NCBI GenBank assembly: GCA_030390025.1
Contig: CM059432.1
Coordinates: forward strand, 122,824,001-122,888,000
DNA length: 64,000 nucleotides
Source: Squalus acanthias
Lineage: Eukaryota
Reading direction: 5' to 3'
Position 1 is the first letter of the stretch. Every line of letters begins with the position of its first letter. Both the position numbers and the translations under genes were made by a program. Positions 1-14,164 of the stretch are shown here, piece after piece. The notes beneath the pieces are model-generated. The model was not told where the DNA came from, searched no databases, and worked only from the letters and a program-made list of their open reading frames with translations.

Positions 1-3000
1 GGCACATCTAATAGAAACCAAAACTGAGGCCGCTTTAAGAAATTTGTTGAAGCGTTGCAAGGTGTGCTCTGAAGGACTAAGAATGGGGGGGTGGCATTTG
101 CAAATCTTGAAACAACCTGAAGCTGAGTGGCAAAGACAAGTTGATTGCCCTGAAGAGGAAACGGGGCAGAACTGGTAGCAGAGCAAGCATACACAGCCAT
201 CCACCTCACCCAAGAGCAGGGTCTACCCCTGATAATTTAAGGTCATTTTTGAACTAAAAACATTTGAGTGAAATAGCATATATAACACGCAAAGTTGGAA
301 TTTAGTGCTTAAAAAATTTGCAATCTCAGATCATTTGAATTCGCGACTTTGAGTTAAGAGGAGTCGACTGTAGTGTCAGTTGTACTATTAAAGCAAATAG
401 AGGGATTTGCAGAATGTAATGCTTTAGTAGGCTAGCGTGCAGTTCATCCAGCATTTTCATCTGACCCCTCTGCTTACAACTGTTGGCAGCATCAGCAGAT
501 GAACACTTAACTCCTTTGTTTGCTATTTAAATGGAGATATTAGCCTATATTAAAATAGCAGACAGAGGAATGCCCGACAAAAAGTGTTAAGTACTTGTCA
601 TCTGACATCGCCAACTATACAGGATTAAAAATATTTAACAAATACTTCCTACCTATTTGATTCTATGTAAGGCTAGATTTTCTACCTAAGGACCATAAAT
701 GGGTGTAAGATACTGCACGTTTGAAGTTACTGCAAATAACATAAATAACTAACCCGAGAAGGAAACCTTAGCCACAATTCCCTTGTTGTGTCCTGCATCT
801 CCAAATAAGGTAGCCAATCCTACACCAAAGGCAACTGTCTCTGGGCATGGCCACGCTCACCCATTGACCCTTCTAAAAACTAAAAACCCAGGAGCAATTC
901 GAGAAGCCTAAGAAGAGAATAATCAGCGTGAAGTGACACAGGTCACCAGTATTTCTGGTGACTTGCTACGTTAAATAAACAATTGCATTTTAAAGTTATC
1001 TGAAAATAAGCTAATGTTTTATTTTTGTCTTTTGTTTATTAAATGGTGTTATATCAGACAAGAATAAAAGGAGCCCCTGTCTTTCAGGTTCCCTTTACTA
1101 TATGATTGGCTGATAGCTCACTGCTTTCTCCCTCCCCTGAATAGTGTCCTCATAAGGTACAGTGTCCACAAAGGGGGCAACCTTACAACATAGACAAAGC
1201 AAGTCATTTTGCCAATATTCTGGAAAAGTTAGATTTTATTGGCAAAGTGCCTCATTTGTTAAAGATCAGATTGTGGGCACAACATTTATATGTGAGCAAC
1301 TATCAGTGGGGTACTGGGAGAGTGGGATGGAGGGTCAAGATTGTTTTTTTTGATGGTTACCAATGTTAAATGGGTGCAGGGAATGATCCCTGCGTCGAAA
1401 GAGGTCGGCCCAAGGCACAATTAAAATTGAGCGTCAGGCTTTATCTGAATAATTGGGCCCATGTCGACAGAGCCAATTTGGGCCAGTTGCTTGCCGCCCT
1501 CAGGTAAGTGCTGGGAGGAGGAAAGGGGAACAGGGAGCCTGGGTGGGGGGAGGGGGGATTATCGTGGGCAGTGGCCCTCAGAAGTGCTGTGGAACACTCC
1601 TGCTCCTCCTTGCCCCATATGATGGTGTTTTAAAAAAGAAAACCGTACCTTTTTGGTGGTGGTCACTTGTTAGGCTGCATCTACTCTTGGAAAAGCTCGG
1701 TGGCGCAGGCCAATTTCAGGCAGGCATCCTTAAACAGGAACTTGGCTCCTCATTAAGATATGCAAGGGGCCTAAATACTACTTTAAGGTGACCACTAGGG
1801 ATGCCTCAGAAATCACACGACCAAATCAGGCGTCCTTGGACGTGGGAAATAGCACTGCAAAATTTATCTTTTTTTTAGTCATTCGCGGGATGTGGACGTC
1901 GCTGGCAAGGCCAGCATTTATTGCCCATCCCTAATTGCCCTTGAGAAGGTAGTGGTGAATACAACTGAGTGGCTTGCTCGGCCATTTCAGAGGGACAGTT
2001 AAGAGTCAACCACATTGCTGTGGGTCTGGAGTCACATATAGGCCAGACTGGGTAAGGACGGCAGATTCCCTTCACTAAAGGACATTAGTGAACCAGATGG
2101 GTTTTTACGACAATCCGGTAGTTTCAGTCACCATTACTGATACTAGCTTTTTATTCCAGATTTAATTAACTGAATTTATGTTCCCCAGCTGCCCTGGTGG
2201 GATTTGAACTCATGTCTCCAGATTTATTTTGCTCCAAATATCTGCCTAGAAAACGGGCGCAACAAAGACCAATTTCCTCCCGCCCCCCGCACCCAAGAAT
2301 TCAAGCAAACTGCAAAAACGTGCGGTAATCTGATTCTAAGATTGATTTTTGTACGTAAGGGAAAAATTGGGCCTTTGGTCCTTAACTTTGTTCCGTACAG
2401 AGAAAAAAGCTCAACAAGCCCATAACTGGCAATGCTACCCTGTCTGGCATCATAGTCAGAATTCTCCATAAGATATACATTTGTTGAATGCAGCCCTGTA
2501 ACATTTTTTTTGAATGAGCTTCACATTGGCGCGGTGTTAAGGCGGCCTCAAATATAGGCACCATCAGACTGATGAAGAAGATACATAGACAGGGCACCAC
2601 ATCACTGATTTCTTTCAGACCCTGCTCATAATACGAAATGAGTATATTTTGTCTTTAAAAAAATATATATATTTGACAGGATTAAGATATATTTGCACTT
2701 GACGTGGGTTCCTTTAGTTGATGATCATATAATGTGTCTGGTACAATTCAAACAGATCATCAGCCAAACAGTCATAGGAGGTATTTGAGGGATATGGAGC
2801 ATGGCTGTTTAAATAACTATTCTGCAGCAGGCGTTCATATATTTTTTAGGCCAATTTGAGCACTCAAGTGGCAAAATGGAGACATTTACTTCTAATTGTC
2901 TAAAGGCGTTTGCTAATGTTCTGTGAAGGGAAGTAATTTTACTGTACACACTAATATAAATCAAACACTGAGCAGCTAAATTACCTTTTAAGCAAGACGG

Positions 3001-3152
3001 CTGGCCAGATGTAATGTGTCCAAATGAACAATGGATCCATAAAAATAAATTATGACATGTGTACGACAATATGTTGAGCAAATTGTGTGGAAATGGGGAT
3101 TAATAAAAATAACACGCTGCTGAGATTATCACAACTGAACGATTCTTGGTTG

Positions 3153-3926
3153 AATGACTAAGAAATGACTTAAAACGTTAGAAAAAAAATGTAGCCCGGA
3201 AAGGCGACTGAGGGCCTTTCCCAAAGGCTGGGGTGTAAAAGAGCTGCTGGGCCTTAAATTCCTTCACGCCCCAAACAGGGCGTGATTCCGGCGGACTAAA
3301 TTCATCCTCGGGCCTCATCAAAATAATCAGGCGAGCCGCGAGCGCCAATCAGGTGCCCCGACACCACTCGCCCATCAGGCCCTCACCAATTTTGCCCCGT
3401 GCCGAGGCCCACAGGAAAGTCCGGCAGTCTGGCGAGGGGGGTGTGGGATCCGATTGGGGGGGTGGGGCAGGTGGAGGCGGGCCGTCAGCAGCCCCCAGTT
3501 CTGTGGAGCCAAGAGGAGCACTCCAGCTACTTCCGACTCCACTAAAAACACCATTTCTGAGATTATGCTAAAGACCCGGAAATACCAGTCAAAGCTTGCG
3601 TAGCGCAAGATTCAACTATTGCAAAGTAACTTACCACTCCGGATTGGAAAGAGGCACAGGGCCCTCATTTCAATATGCATTTCGGGTGCAATGATGTTAA
3701 ATTTAGAGCCCCTCTCTCCCTCCCCGCAATCCTTTTGGCTTTATGCAGGTGACTTAAACACATGCAGAACTCTAAATGACTAAGAAAGGACTTAAAACGT
3801 TAGAAAAAAAATTTAACCCAGAAAGGCGACCTAGGGCCTTTCCCAAAGGCTGGGGTGTAAAAGAGCTGTTGGGCCGTAAATTCCTTCACGCCCCAAACAG
3901 GGCATGATTCCAGCGGACTAAATTCA
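3153..3926. repeat. ~150-bp direct repeat pair (3153-3304 and 3775-3926)
   Basis: Both copies read aatgactaagaaa...gcggactaaattca. Confidence 0.85.
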
Positions 3927-4468
3927 ACTTGAACTCAAGCTGTCCCATCAGCTCTATTCGAACATTTGAAGCTGAAAGGTACTCTATCTGTGCACTTCAT
4001 AAACTTTGTAATTAAAGTGGAAAATATTAGTTTTGCACTGGTTGGTTGCGCCACTTGCAGTATAACTGCAAAGCTGTGCGGTGTGAAACTATATGCTCAA
4101 GGTAGTTCCACTCCCAATATCAAGTCGTGAATTAACTTTGGTTTGACTACAATTATACTGCCATTCCTGCTTCAAGGCAATGCTCAAACCTCTTCGAAGC
4201 GGCACAAAACATGTCAAATTAATCCAACATTATAAATTAGTTCTGATGTCAACAAAACACTGCAACATATTTTTTTAAACCATCACTGGAGACCTTTCAA
4301 AGTGCATCAAAGCAATAAAAAGTATTTTTTCCAGAAAAAGCGAAAACGTTTTTCTTTAGCTTTTGATCTTGAATTTTGAAGACATCCCAACCAAAAAGCT
4401 TGCTTCAGAACTATTAGAACCAGAGCTCCAGCATATGGGCATGGCAGGGGTAACTAATGGCTTGTATT

Positions 4469-6245
4469 GGCTGGGATTTTGCTCACCTCGGCGGGTCCGG
4501 TGCGGCCAGTGTCGGTGGTCGGTTGCGGCCCCGCTGCAGGCTCCATCCCGCTGCCTAGAATGAACTTACCTCAATGGGCTTGTTAAGCCCGTCCTGCGCG
4601 TTTCTTGGTCCAATTAGATGCCGCGGGTCTGGTGACGTCATTCATGACACGTTTCAGCCGTTTTCTTAAAGGGGCCATGGCCACCTTACTTTTGACGTTT
4701 GTGCTATCAGTGTTCTACAGCATTGGAAGTACTGCAAACACTGACAATCACTGCACAGAGGCAGATGGCTGTACCCAGGTTCTCCCATGACTCCCTCCAT
4801 ATGCTTATGGAGGGAGTCAGAGCACGCAGGGAGGTCCTCTTCCCTTCCCATGGTCGGAAGAGACCTCCCCAGGAGACCAACACAGCCTGGTTGCAGATTG
4901 CAGACTGCAGAGGCAGTCACAAGCAGGGATGTTGTCAGGAGGACCTGGGTGCAGCAGCACAAACCTTTCAATTATCTCATTAGATCAGGAAATGTTAGTA
5001 CAAAGCCACAATCACCTTCATCCTGCTGTGCCTCTCATCACATCCCCATCACTCTGCCTTCCCTACCCCAAACCTGCACATCCTTACTCACACCAACTTA
5101 CCTTGCACCGCCACCCATCCCTCTATATCTACATTATCACATCCTCATCTCACTAGCCACCCCTCACACTCACCCTCATCCTAGTCCAATCATACCAACT
5201 AACAACCCACAAGGGTAGCCACTTGGGTGTTTTAGCCAATGTTAATGTAAAGTTTCTGTTAATGTGCTGTCAAACATTGAAACCTTTATTTTCAACACTT
5301 TGCGTTCTTGGACAGATTTGTGTGCACCTTTGGAAGTGGCTTAGTGAGTTGCAATGAATGGTGAGACATAACGGTACCCCCTGCAATGGTGATGAGTGTG
5401 AAAGGAATGGCTTAGGCATTGTAGGGATGCTTTATGATGTTGATGTGGGGTGATGCCAACCTGGTGCATCATGTGGCAGCCAGGGTGTACAGCATCAAGT
5501 GAAGTAAATCTGGCCATGGTGAGGCCTTCCCTGACCTCCCGGGCAGCAATGTGGTCGGGTGCTGATGCCCTGTACAGCATCAGTTGATTGCGGAGAAGGT
5601 TGGTGTTGTTGTTGGTGCTGCTGGTGTGCCTGGTGCTGCTGGTGTTGGGGCTGATCGTGGTCAGATTCTGAGGACCAAGGTGAGACAGTATAAACGGTAC
5701 CCATGCTGATGGAATAGATGATAGGTGAAGTTGAGATGACAGAAGCAGTCTGTCAATGGTGAGAGAGGTTGTTCCAATGAGGTGACACTGAATGGAAAAT
5801 TTGCTCCAAACACTTGCAGCCTGCATAAAGCTCAATCTGTGTTCCAAATGGAGTAAGCAACAGCTTCTGCGCTTGGAAAGTGAACAGCTGTGAGGTGGGA
5901 GCTTTTATCGTACATTTCAAGCTGTCAACTAATCAGCTGATTCAATGACCATTCATCTCCCGCCTCAGGTTAACAGACGTGACCCCGTGGGCGAGCAGTT
6001 AAAGTTAAAAGGTAAGGTTAAAACCATTATTAAGGGTCTGTCAACAAGCCAATAATTGCTTTAATTGGGTCGACCGCCTCTGCAGGTCGGGTCCGATCCG
6101 AGATCACAGACGCGCCATTGGGAAAGTCGCATTGTGGCAGGACGACAGTGGGTTCCGGACCCGCTGTCAAAAAAATCAAATTTCCCACACACCCCGCCCC
6201 GATCCCACCCGCTGACCCCCCCCCCAACCCCGGAAAATTCCAGCC
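4469..6245. mobile_element. Non-autonomous/decayed Harbinger with Myb-like remnant
   Basis: TIRs ggctgggatttt / aaaattccagcc with ATT/AAT flanks. 4765-4990 encodes PRFSHDSLHMLMEGVRARREVLFP...AWLQIA, a Myb/SANT remnant. Confidence 0.75.
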
Positions 6246-7147
6246 AATGTGTTCCCACTCCATTTACCACCATCATCTGGGAAATCCAGAAACATATCCT
6301 TATGGCAACAATCAAATGTTGATGATTACCTATCCAATTATTTGAAAATTTAAACATCTCCCATAAACTAAAAGTAATCCACAGATGATCAACTCAATAT
6401 ATTAAACAACAAACTAGGATTTTATCCAATTGACTCTGAAGAACTGAATAGCAGCCTCAACGCATTAATTATTGCTCTAACACCAAAAATGGAAAAAATT
6501 GAGAACACGCCACATTAAGGGAAATATAGCAAGATGTAGAAACCTGTGGTGTAACATTATGAGTGCAGTTTTTCTAACAAATGTCCAGTTTGATGAAATA
6601 CAAACGGTGCTTGGGACTAAAGAACAGCAACTCCAAGCATTGGGCAAAGATGCAAAGCAAACAACTGCTAAAAACTGTTAAGTATCCATTCACAAAAGTC
6701 AATCAGTCACTGTGTACAATGCATTTTGCTCTAGGGCACAATTGAAATCTGTAATTTATGCAGTGGAGGCATATGGGCTAGAGTGACTGCCAATTCATAG
6801 TCAGTGGGTGAAAAAATGCAGTCCATGAACCAAAAATTACTGCTGACAATATTAGCGAACAAATGTTTAGTACATTGTGCATGGCGTTCCTGTCTGCTGT
6901 GTTAGTGGAGGTGTTAACCCATTTAAAAACAATCCATAAAGTAGCTTACAAAGTAATGTCGTATGAATGTGTCAAGCATTCATCCTTTAATATCACTAAC
7001 AGCGGTTCTCTCGGCTAGAGATTTAAAAGCTTAATAACCTGTCGAGGATTACCTGCAGTAAACCCAGAGAGACAGCAGTGTTAAAAAAACTGAGAGCTTA
7101 AAGCATGTCAGATCTGTAAGCAGATCGATTTAATACCTACAAGACAA

Positions 7148-7869
7148 GCACAGATTAATGCAGTTCTCCCCAGGAATTAACACGTAAAATTCTGTAGTAA
7201 GAAGGTTTGCGAACCAGGCCGTGGGATTTAACAGAATCTGGCACATTCTTCACACCGTGCTGGTCTAAACCAAAAATACAAAAGGAATTCTCTCCCTGAA
7301 AGTTGGTTTCATTTAACTTTTTCTTGTTGTTTGGTTTAACATGGCATTCGATGTATACCTACATACGCATATAGACAGACACAATTATATCAGGGGAAGC
7401 ACGTGTACCAAGACATCCTTTTTGATATTCTGTTAACCAGATGAAAATGTATATGGGAATTTTTCAGTTGTACATAAATTATAGCTGAATTGTAAATGAA
7501 ATGAAAATGCCTGATGATTAGCCAACTGTCACTATAAAGGTGGAAGCTTAACACTGAAGCCCTCAGGGTAAGATACAGATATAAAATGACTAGAATAAAA
7601 TCACAGCAGCACTACTAAAAATCCTTCGGCTGGGAGGAAGGCACACTTAAATGATGGTGACTTGACATTTCAGCAGCAGTTCTGTAACATAAGGACACAC
7701 TGGCACAGATTAATGTAGTTCTCCCCAGGAATTAATGTGCAAAATTCTGTACTAAGAAGGTTTGGGAACTAGGCCATGGGATTTAACAGAATCTGGCACA
7801 TTCTTCACACCGTGCCGGGCTAAACGAGAAATACAAAAGGAATTTTCGCCCTGAAAATTGGCTTTATTT
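7148..7869. repeat. ~165-bp direct repeat pair (7148-7313 and 7703-7869)
   Basis: Both copies read gcacagattaatg...acagaatctggcacattcttcacaccgtgc...aaaggaatt. Confidence 0.85.
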
Positions 7870-8196
7870 GTTGTTTCCATCAACATGCATTCACTGTAAT
7901 ACATTCAAGGCTCGAATATATCAGTAGCTTCCAAAACGTGTGATGGTATTGTCTACAGGCTGATTGTGAAAGGAGGGCAAGGATCTGTAAATAAAATTAA
8001 CTGAAAGGAATTTGAAGACAAAAATAAAATCGGTCTGTATCAAAAGATGGCTGACACAAACAGCTGGGACAGGGGGTTGAGGAGTGGCAGAAGGAGCAAG
8101 AGGTCAGTTTTTTTTCTCTTATCGTAGCTATTTGACACTTCTGAATTCCCAAATGCTAACTACATAAACATAAGCTAGAATATTTTGGATACCTTA

Positions 8197-8325
8197 TCAG
8201 TGGAGATAAAAATAAACCAGATCCAGATAAAGTTACGGAACTTCCAGCCCTCAGGAACATTGTTGAATTCTGTCAGGTTTTGGGGATGATCAACTACTTG
8301 GGCAGGTTTCTGATGGGTCTTTCAC
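8197..8325 (+). pseudogene. Ty3/Gypsy RT remnant
   Basis: Translates, with a frameshift, to KPDPDKV...VLGMINYLGRFL. Confidence 0.5.
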
Positions 8326-10721
8326 CTGTACCATCTGTGAGTCCTTTAGTGTAGTAATTCTTGTATTTATCCACAGTCAAAGTCTGTGGCATGTACCACG
8401 TATCAGTATGGCATTGTTGAGATGGTGTTTGTCTGTTTGCTGTAGGAGCCACACTTCCTGCAGTGATGCCCCTTGTACGGTTTTTTTATTGGTTATTTGT
8501 ATGTTGTTCAGGCTGTTGTCAGACACATATTTACTTTCATGTGGTTACTCCATGCTGATGTGAGTTAGGAATTTATCAATGATTCTGACTCTTCTCATTA
8601 GTTATGGGTTGTTGGCTGCAGTGGTGGCGGGTGTGTATGCTTCCAATAGAGATTGGAATGCAGATTTGTTAGCATCATTTGTCATTTTAATATGAATGTG
8701 TTTTTCTCTTCAAGTTTTCACATACATTTAAATTTTGTCTTCTCAAGATGACAGGTACAAAAGCCATGTGGACAAGTAGTGGCATTTTACTTATACGTGT
8801 GCAGCTTATATTGCTTAAAAAAACTTATGACTTTTACCATCAGAAATCTGTTCGGTTGTTATGCCCTTCAAGGGAGTGACAGCAAAAGAGCACTAATCAT
8901 TTCCTCCTTTTACACCTTCTACTCTGGCTGTCTTTCGGAGGGTGACTTCCGATTCTCTTTGATGTTTTCTTTTTGAAGCCAGAGGAAGGATAACTTTATG
9001 CCATTCTCTGGTTATCTTTTAATGTTTGCTTGAAAAACAGCACTGGAGTGATCATCTTGATGTTGTAAGGTCACGTCAGACAATAATACTTTTTCACTGG
9101 TGTCAAATCATAGCTACAGTATAACAAATTACAGGCAGCAACGCAGGCAACTGTGAGGCTTTAGATGTGCTGGGGCCATCTGCTTACATGATTCACTACA
9201 GGAAAAATTTCAATCTTGTAGTGTCTGAGTGAGTTTGTGAAATTGTTAACGATGTGTCTGATCATTTTTACTTCAAAATGTATTATTGAAAATGTTGTGT
9301 GTGGTGGAACTGCTCCATCCCCACGGTAAAAGGTGTGCTCCCGTCACGTACAACACCACACAAAATGTGTCGTGACGGTGTGTCTCAGAGTTCACATCAG
9401 GTAGGCCAGGAAGCCATTGTGCCTTATACTTCTGATCAGGTTATGTTCTGTTGAATATAAAACAAGTAACATAACATGTGAAACACATGGCCGGAACTTC
9501 CTGGAAACTTGCTCTGAAACATCGGCGTAAGTACGACGTACTGCCAACTTTAGACGTAAAAGATCGAGCACATTTGGATGTAAATGACTTACACACGTCT
9601 TTACGCTACGTGGGAATTTCCTTGATCTTTCATGCCGATTTTGAGAGATCTCTGCCGAGCCCTCTGCGCTCAGTAACAAAGCTCCACCGCCCCCCCCCCC
9701 CCCCACCCCACCCGCCACCACCCCATGCAAAAGTGCAGCACATGCGAATTTCCTGAACTTACTCCAGGACTGTAAATTTGCACCTAATATTTTATATTGC
9801 TGGTGCTCTATGGTGATTGTGTTTAGTGTTTTATTTCTCTTCAGTGGCACCTACTATGTATTTTCTGCATCTTTGAAAGTATCATTATGGCAATAGAATG
9901 ATTTGCATTAAAAATTGAAAAGCTTGCACGATTATATCTTCTTAAGCGAGCTGTGTCTAATTTGCAAAAATTATGGCTTGATGGCTTTGAACTTTAATTT
10001 TCAAGCATAAAGAGAAGTAAAGAAGGCACATGGCGTAAGTTCACCACTTTCCTCGGGCCTCGATTGTTTACGCTGATTTCCACTTGTTTTGTGCCGTTTT
10101 CTGCATTCCGCTGTGTGCTAATGAGATTCTCCAGAAAATGTTAGTGTAACTGGTTGGTTACGCCTTTCAGGAAATTCCAGGCCATGATGTGGGAGGTCCC
10201 GGCAAGCCTGGCACTTATGGCCCTCCCTAGTTACCCTGAGGAGCTGGTGGTGCGCCTTCTCCTTGAATTGCTGCAGTCCTTGTGGTGATGGTGCGGCCAC
10301 GATTAAGTGGACTGCTTTGTCTTAGATGGTGTCAAGCTTCTTAAGTGTTGTTGCAACTGTCCAAGCGAGTGGCAAATATGTCATCAAACCCCTGATTTGA
10401 GCCTTTTAGATGGAGGTCAGGGGGTAAGCCACGGAGTACCCAACCTCTGCCCTACTCTTGCAGCCATGATGCGGAGATGCCGGTGTTGGACTGGGGTGGA
10501 CAAAAGCAAATCGATAGCTCCGAAAGCTTGTGATTTCAAATAAAACTGTTGGACTATAACCTGGTGTTGTGCGACCTCTCAATTTTTACTCTTGCAGCCA
10601 CAGTGTTGATATGGCTGGCCCAGTTAAGCTTCTGGCCAGGATGTGGTTGGTGGGGGACTCAGCGATGGTGAGGACTCAGCGATGGTGAGGACTCAGCGAT
10701 GGTGGTGCTGTTGAGGTCAAT

Positions 10722-11170
10722 GGAAAGAAAGAAAGACTTGCATTTATATAGCGCCTTTCATGACCACCAGACATCCCAAAGCACTTTACAGCTAATGAAG
10801 TGTAGTCATTGTTGTAATGTAGGAAATGCAGCAGCCAATTTGCGCACAGCAAGCACCCACAAACAGCAATGTGATAATGACCGGATAATCTGTTTTTGTT
10901 ATGTTGATTGAGGGATAAATATTGACCAGGAGAACTCCCCTGCTCTTTTTCGAATTAGTGCCATGAGATCTTTTACGTCCACCCGAGAGAGCAGACGGGG
11001 CCTCGGTTTAACGTCTCATCCGAAGACGGCACCTCCGACAGTGCAACACTCCCTCAGCACTGCACTGGAGTGCCAGCCTAGATTTTTATGCTCAAGTATC
11101 TGGAGTGAGACTTGAACCCAAAACCTTCTAACTCCGAGGCGAGAGTGCTACCCACTGAGCCACGGCTGAC
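10722..11170 (-). mobile_element. tRNA-derived SINE (SacSINE1/DeuSINE-like)
   Basis: Minus-strand tRNA head gtcagccgtggctcagtgggtagcac, conserved body and (ttct)n tail. Homologous to 14165-14524, 15314-15756 and 61973-62300. Confidence 0.75.
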
Positions 11171-11749
11171 GGGGTGTTTAACTAGGTGGCTGATCCACCA
11201 CCACCCATTTTATGTCCCTGCCAAAGTCGAATTTCACCCTCTATGATTCCTCCAATACTCTCCTGCAATATCTGCCTCCACTCACTCCCTCGCTGAACAG
11301 TCCATCGCACACATCCACCATGCTCTCTAAAGTAGTTCAACTTAAACTCTCTCTGCATCTTCTCTTTCTAAGCTTGCTCTAGACCCAGGGACAATCTGGA
11401 GTATATTATCTGGGTTCAATTTATCTGTTCCTTAAGAACCTTGAATCCATCAATGATCTCTGCCGTGATCCTTCTCTTCTCCCAATCCTAGGCTCGTCAC
11501 CCTCTCCTCATAGCTCAATCGTCTGTGTGGTTGCTGTTTTTCTGCACTGCCTCCAATACCTGGATATCCATGGCCTACGGTGAGCAGAATTGTACACAGT
11601 GTTGCGGGTGTGGCGGTACCAGTGCCTGTACAGACTCGATATCCCCTCCTGGGATTTGTGCTCCCTCCTTTCGGCTACTCATCCTGAGATCCGGTTAACA
11701 CTGCCGCCACATACTGCGTGGCTAATTTGATCCTGTGAGAGACAACATC

Positions 11750-13370
11750 ATTCATGTCCGAGGCCGGGACCCAGGAGCGAGGACGAGCCCAGCAGCGAGG
11801 TCAAGGCCCAGGAGTGGCGCAGCATGGACCAGCAGCGGGGTCGGGGCCCAGGGAAGGTGTGGCACGGGCCAACAGTGAGGTCGGGAGGACCACAATGCAT
11901 CCTACGAAACCCAGGCAGAGAGGACCTGCGGGAAGGAGGGAGGAGGACAGTAGCAGTATGTTTGTGTGTGTGTGCTAGGCCGTTATAGCAGAGCCTGGTC
12001 TCCAATCGTCTTGGATCCCCTTGCCATTGGGCCAAGACCTTGCTCTGTCAAGCCCATGTGGTAGCTGGTGTGCAACGGCCACCCCACGTTAAAAGAATTC
12101 ACGCACAGTCATCTTCCACCCTTTAAAATGAAGTTCGGGACCTGGAATGTCAGGACCCTCATGGACAACTCCAACAGTGACAGACCGGAACGCCGTACTG
12201 CTATCGTTGCCCGGGAGCTCAGACGTTTCGACACTGACATCGTCGCCCTAAGCGAGATCTGGCGGGCAGGGGAAGGCCAGCTCAAGGAGCAAGGCGGTGG
12301 CTACACCTTCTTCTGGAAAGGCAAACCTGAAGAAGAACGCCGCCTCCATGGGGTAGGCTTAGGAGAAGCATCCAGGAAGGCACCGAACACCTCGAGGCTC
12401 TTCGCCAGGAGCAAGCGGAAGCCAAGCGCAAGCAGCGCAAGGAGCGCACGTCAACCCAAGCACCCCACCCAGCCGTCCCTTCAACCACTGTCTGCCCCAC
12501 CTGTGACAGAGACTGTAGGTCCAGCATTGGACTCATCAGTCACCTGAGAACTTATTGGCCCAGAAATTGATCTCGCTCTGTTCCCGCGGGGGTAAGCCTT
12601 CCCCGCGATGTCTCACCTCGCTTATGCTTTTTCTGATCCAGCTCGCACGAACTTGATGTTCCAGACATCAGCTGGGCAGTGCTTGCGTATCCCAGCGGCG
12701 TAGTGAATTTGTGCGAGCTGTGGGATCACGTGACTCAGTTAGAGCCAATGGCAGCACACCATCTTCCATTCATAAGTCTCACAGCATGGCTGTGAGACTT
12801 ATGAATCTTACACCCCCCCAAAATAACAGCTAAACCTCAATTAAATTTAAAAAAAAACCCATCACATTAATAAAATAAGTATAGTTAATTAAATTAACCA
12901 TTTTAAATAAAAAATTAAATTTTTGAAAAAATTTAAAATCTTTTAAAAAGTTATAAAAATAAACTTACCTGTCTTTAAAGTCTATAAAAAAGATATACCT
13001 GTAAAAAAAAATTCAAAAAAATACTTAATTCACTACTTACCTTCTTAAAAGCGGGTCTTACTCCTTTTTACATTTCCAAAATCTTCCCTACTTACCTGCG
13101 CGTCCAAAGCATGAAGTGCACAGCGTGCGCGCAGCCTGTAGCGCGCACGCGATGCACCCAGGCCCCGCCCCCTTTTCAGAAGAGCAATTGCCGGTTTTCA
13201 GCGCATGCGCAGGGCATGCAGAAAACCGGCAATTGGAGAGAGAATACGCGAGAGTACGCAGTGCGCACTCTCGCGTCCCGGGATCAATTTTCGGCCCATT
13301 TTTAATGTGGAAGCAAGTCATCCTCGGTTCCGAGGGACTGCCTAAAAGAGAGAGAGAGAGAGAGAGAAGA
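11750..13370 (+). mobile_element. Internally deleted RTE LINE, with a MITE inserted near its 3' end
   Basis: The endonuclease start MKFGTWNVRTL...LHGVG is fused at ~12360 to the ORF C-terminus (CPTCDRDC zinc motif). The 3' tail ctgcctaa(ga)n matches the RTE at 34642-35128. The left boundary is approximate. Confidence 0.8.
12557..13297. mobile_element. Harbinger-type MITE
   Basis: TIRs ggcccagaaattgatc / gatcaattttcggccc with TSD ATT. The empty site is seen in the RTE copy at ~35070. Same family as 23659-24425. Confidence 0.85.
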
Positions 13371-14164
13371 CTCTCGCACTGAAGACACTCTATGCCATCG
13401 AATGCAATGTATCTTTAATGCAATTTAAGTATGACCAATTAACCATATAACGAAGTAACAACCTTGCTCTTCATTCATGTCTGGAATAGAATCACACATA
13501 AAAACTGGAAGCTGTCAAATCATTTCTAAAGTTACGGCAGCATTGAGTTTTATAGCTGATAAATCATCTAATTTAACTGAAGTACTTAGGGGAAACCATT
13601 CCCTATTCTGAACAATTCCGTTGACCACATAAGAGCCTCATGCCCCATTAACCAACCCATAATCACACTATTCCCTATCAACATCACTCAACACCCAGTG
13701 GCAATATGTAATACACTACAGGAGTTTCAAGTTAACAGCACGGTATTCACCTTTGATGTAGGGCTTGCCATATTTTCACTCACAAGATGAGATGGAATTT
13801 TCTCTGCTTGTCAAATCCATCATTCTGATTTAGAGCAGAGAGTGATAGAATTATCGATGGAACAGGAGGGTCGAAATTCTGCTAGGTAGGGACCGGAAAA
13901 TTGGGGGATGGGTTCCTAAAATTGGTGGCTCCCCACTCATTTTGTGCACCCATTTTCCTGCCAGTATTGTTTGCTATGCAAGGACCTTACTATGTATTGA
14001 TAAGGGTTGGCAATGAAAGTATTACGATGTAGCCCTCGATTTCCTATGCTTCCTACAAATTTTCTGCCCAGTGTTAAGTTTATCCATTTAAAATAGGCAT
14101 TCCAGATCAGCAAGATTATTGCCTGAACGTAAGGACGTACTGTCATTTTTTAAATTGCTAAATA

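Noticed and set aside
1..372. Tigger/pogo-like terminus (gagttaagaggagtcgactgta)
   Set aside because: Only one putative TIR is visible and no transposase motif can be read.
10655..10705. Three 17-bp repeats (ggactcagcgatggtga) as a CRISPR-like array
   Set aside because: They are head-to-tail with no spacers, a slippage duplication inside a decayed LINE in a eukaryotic genome.
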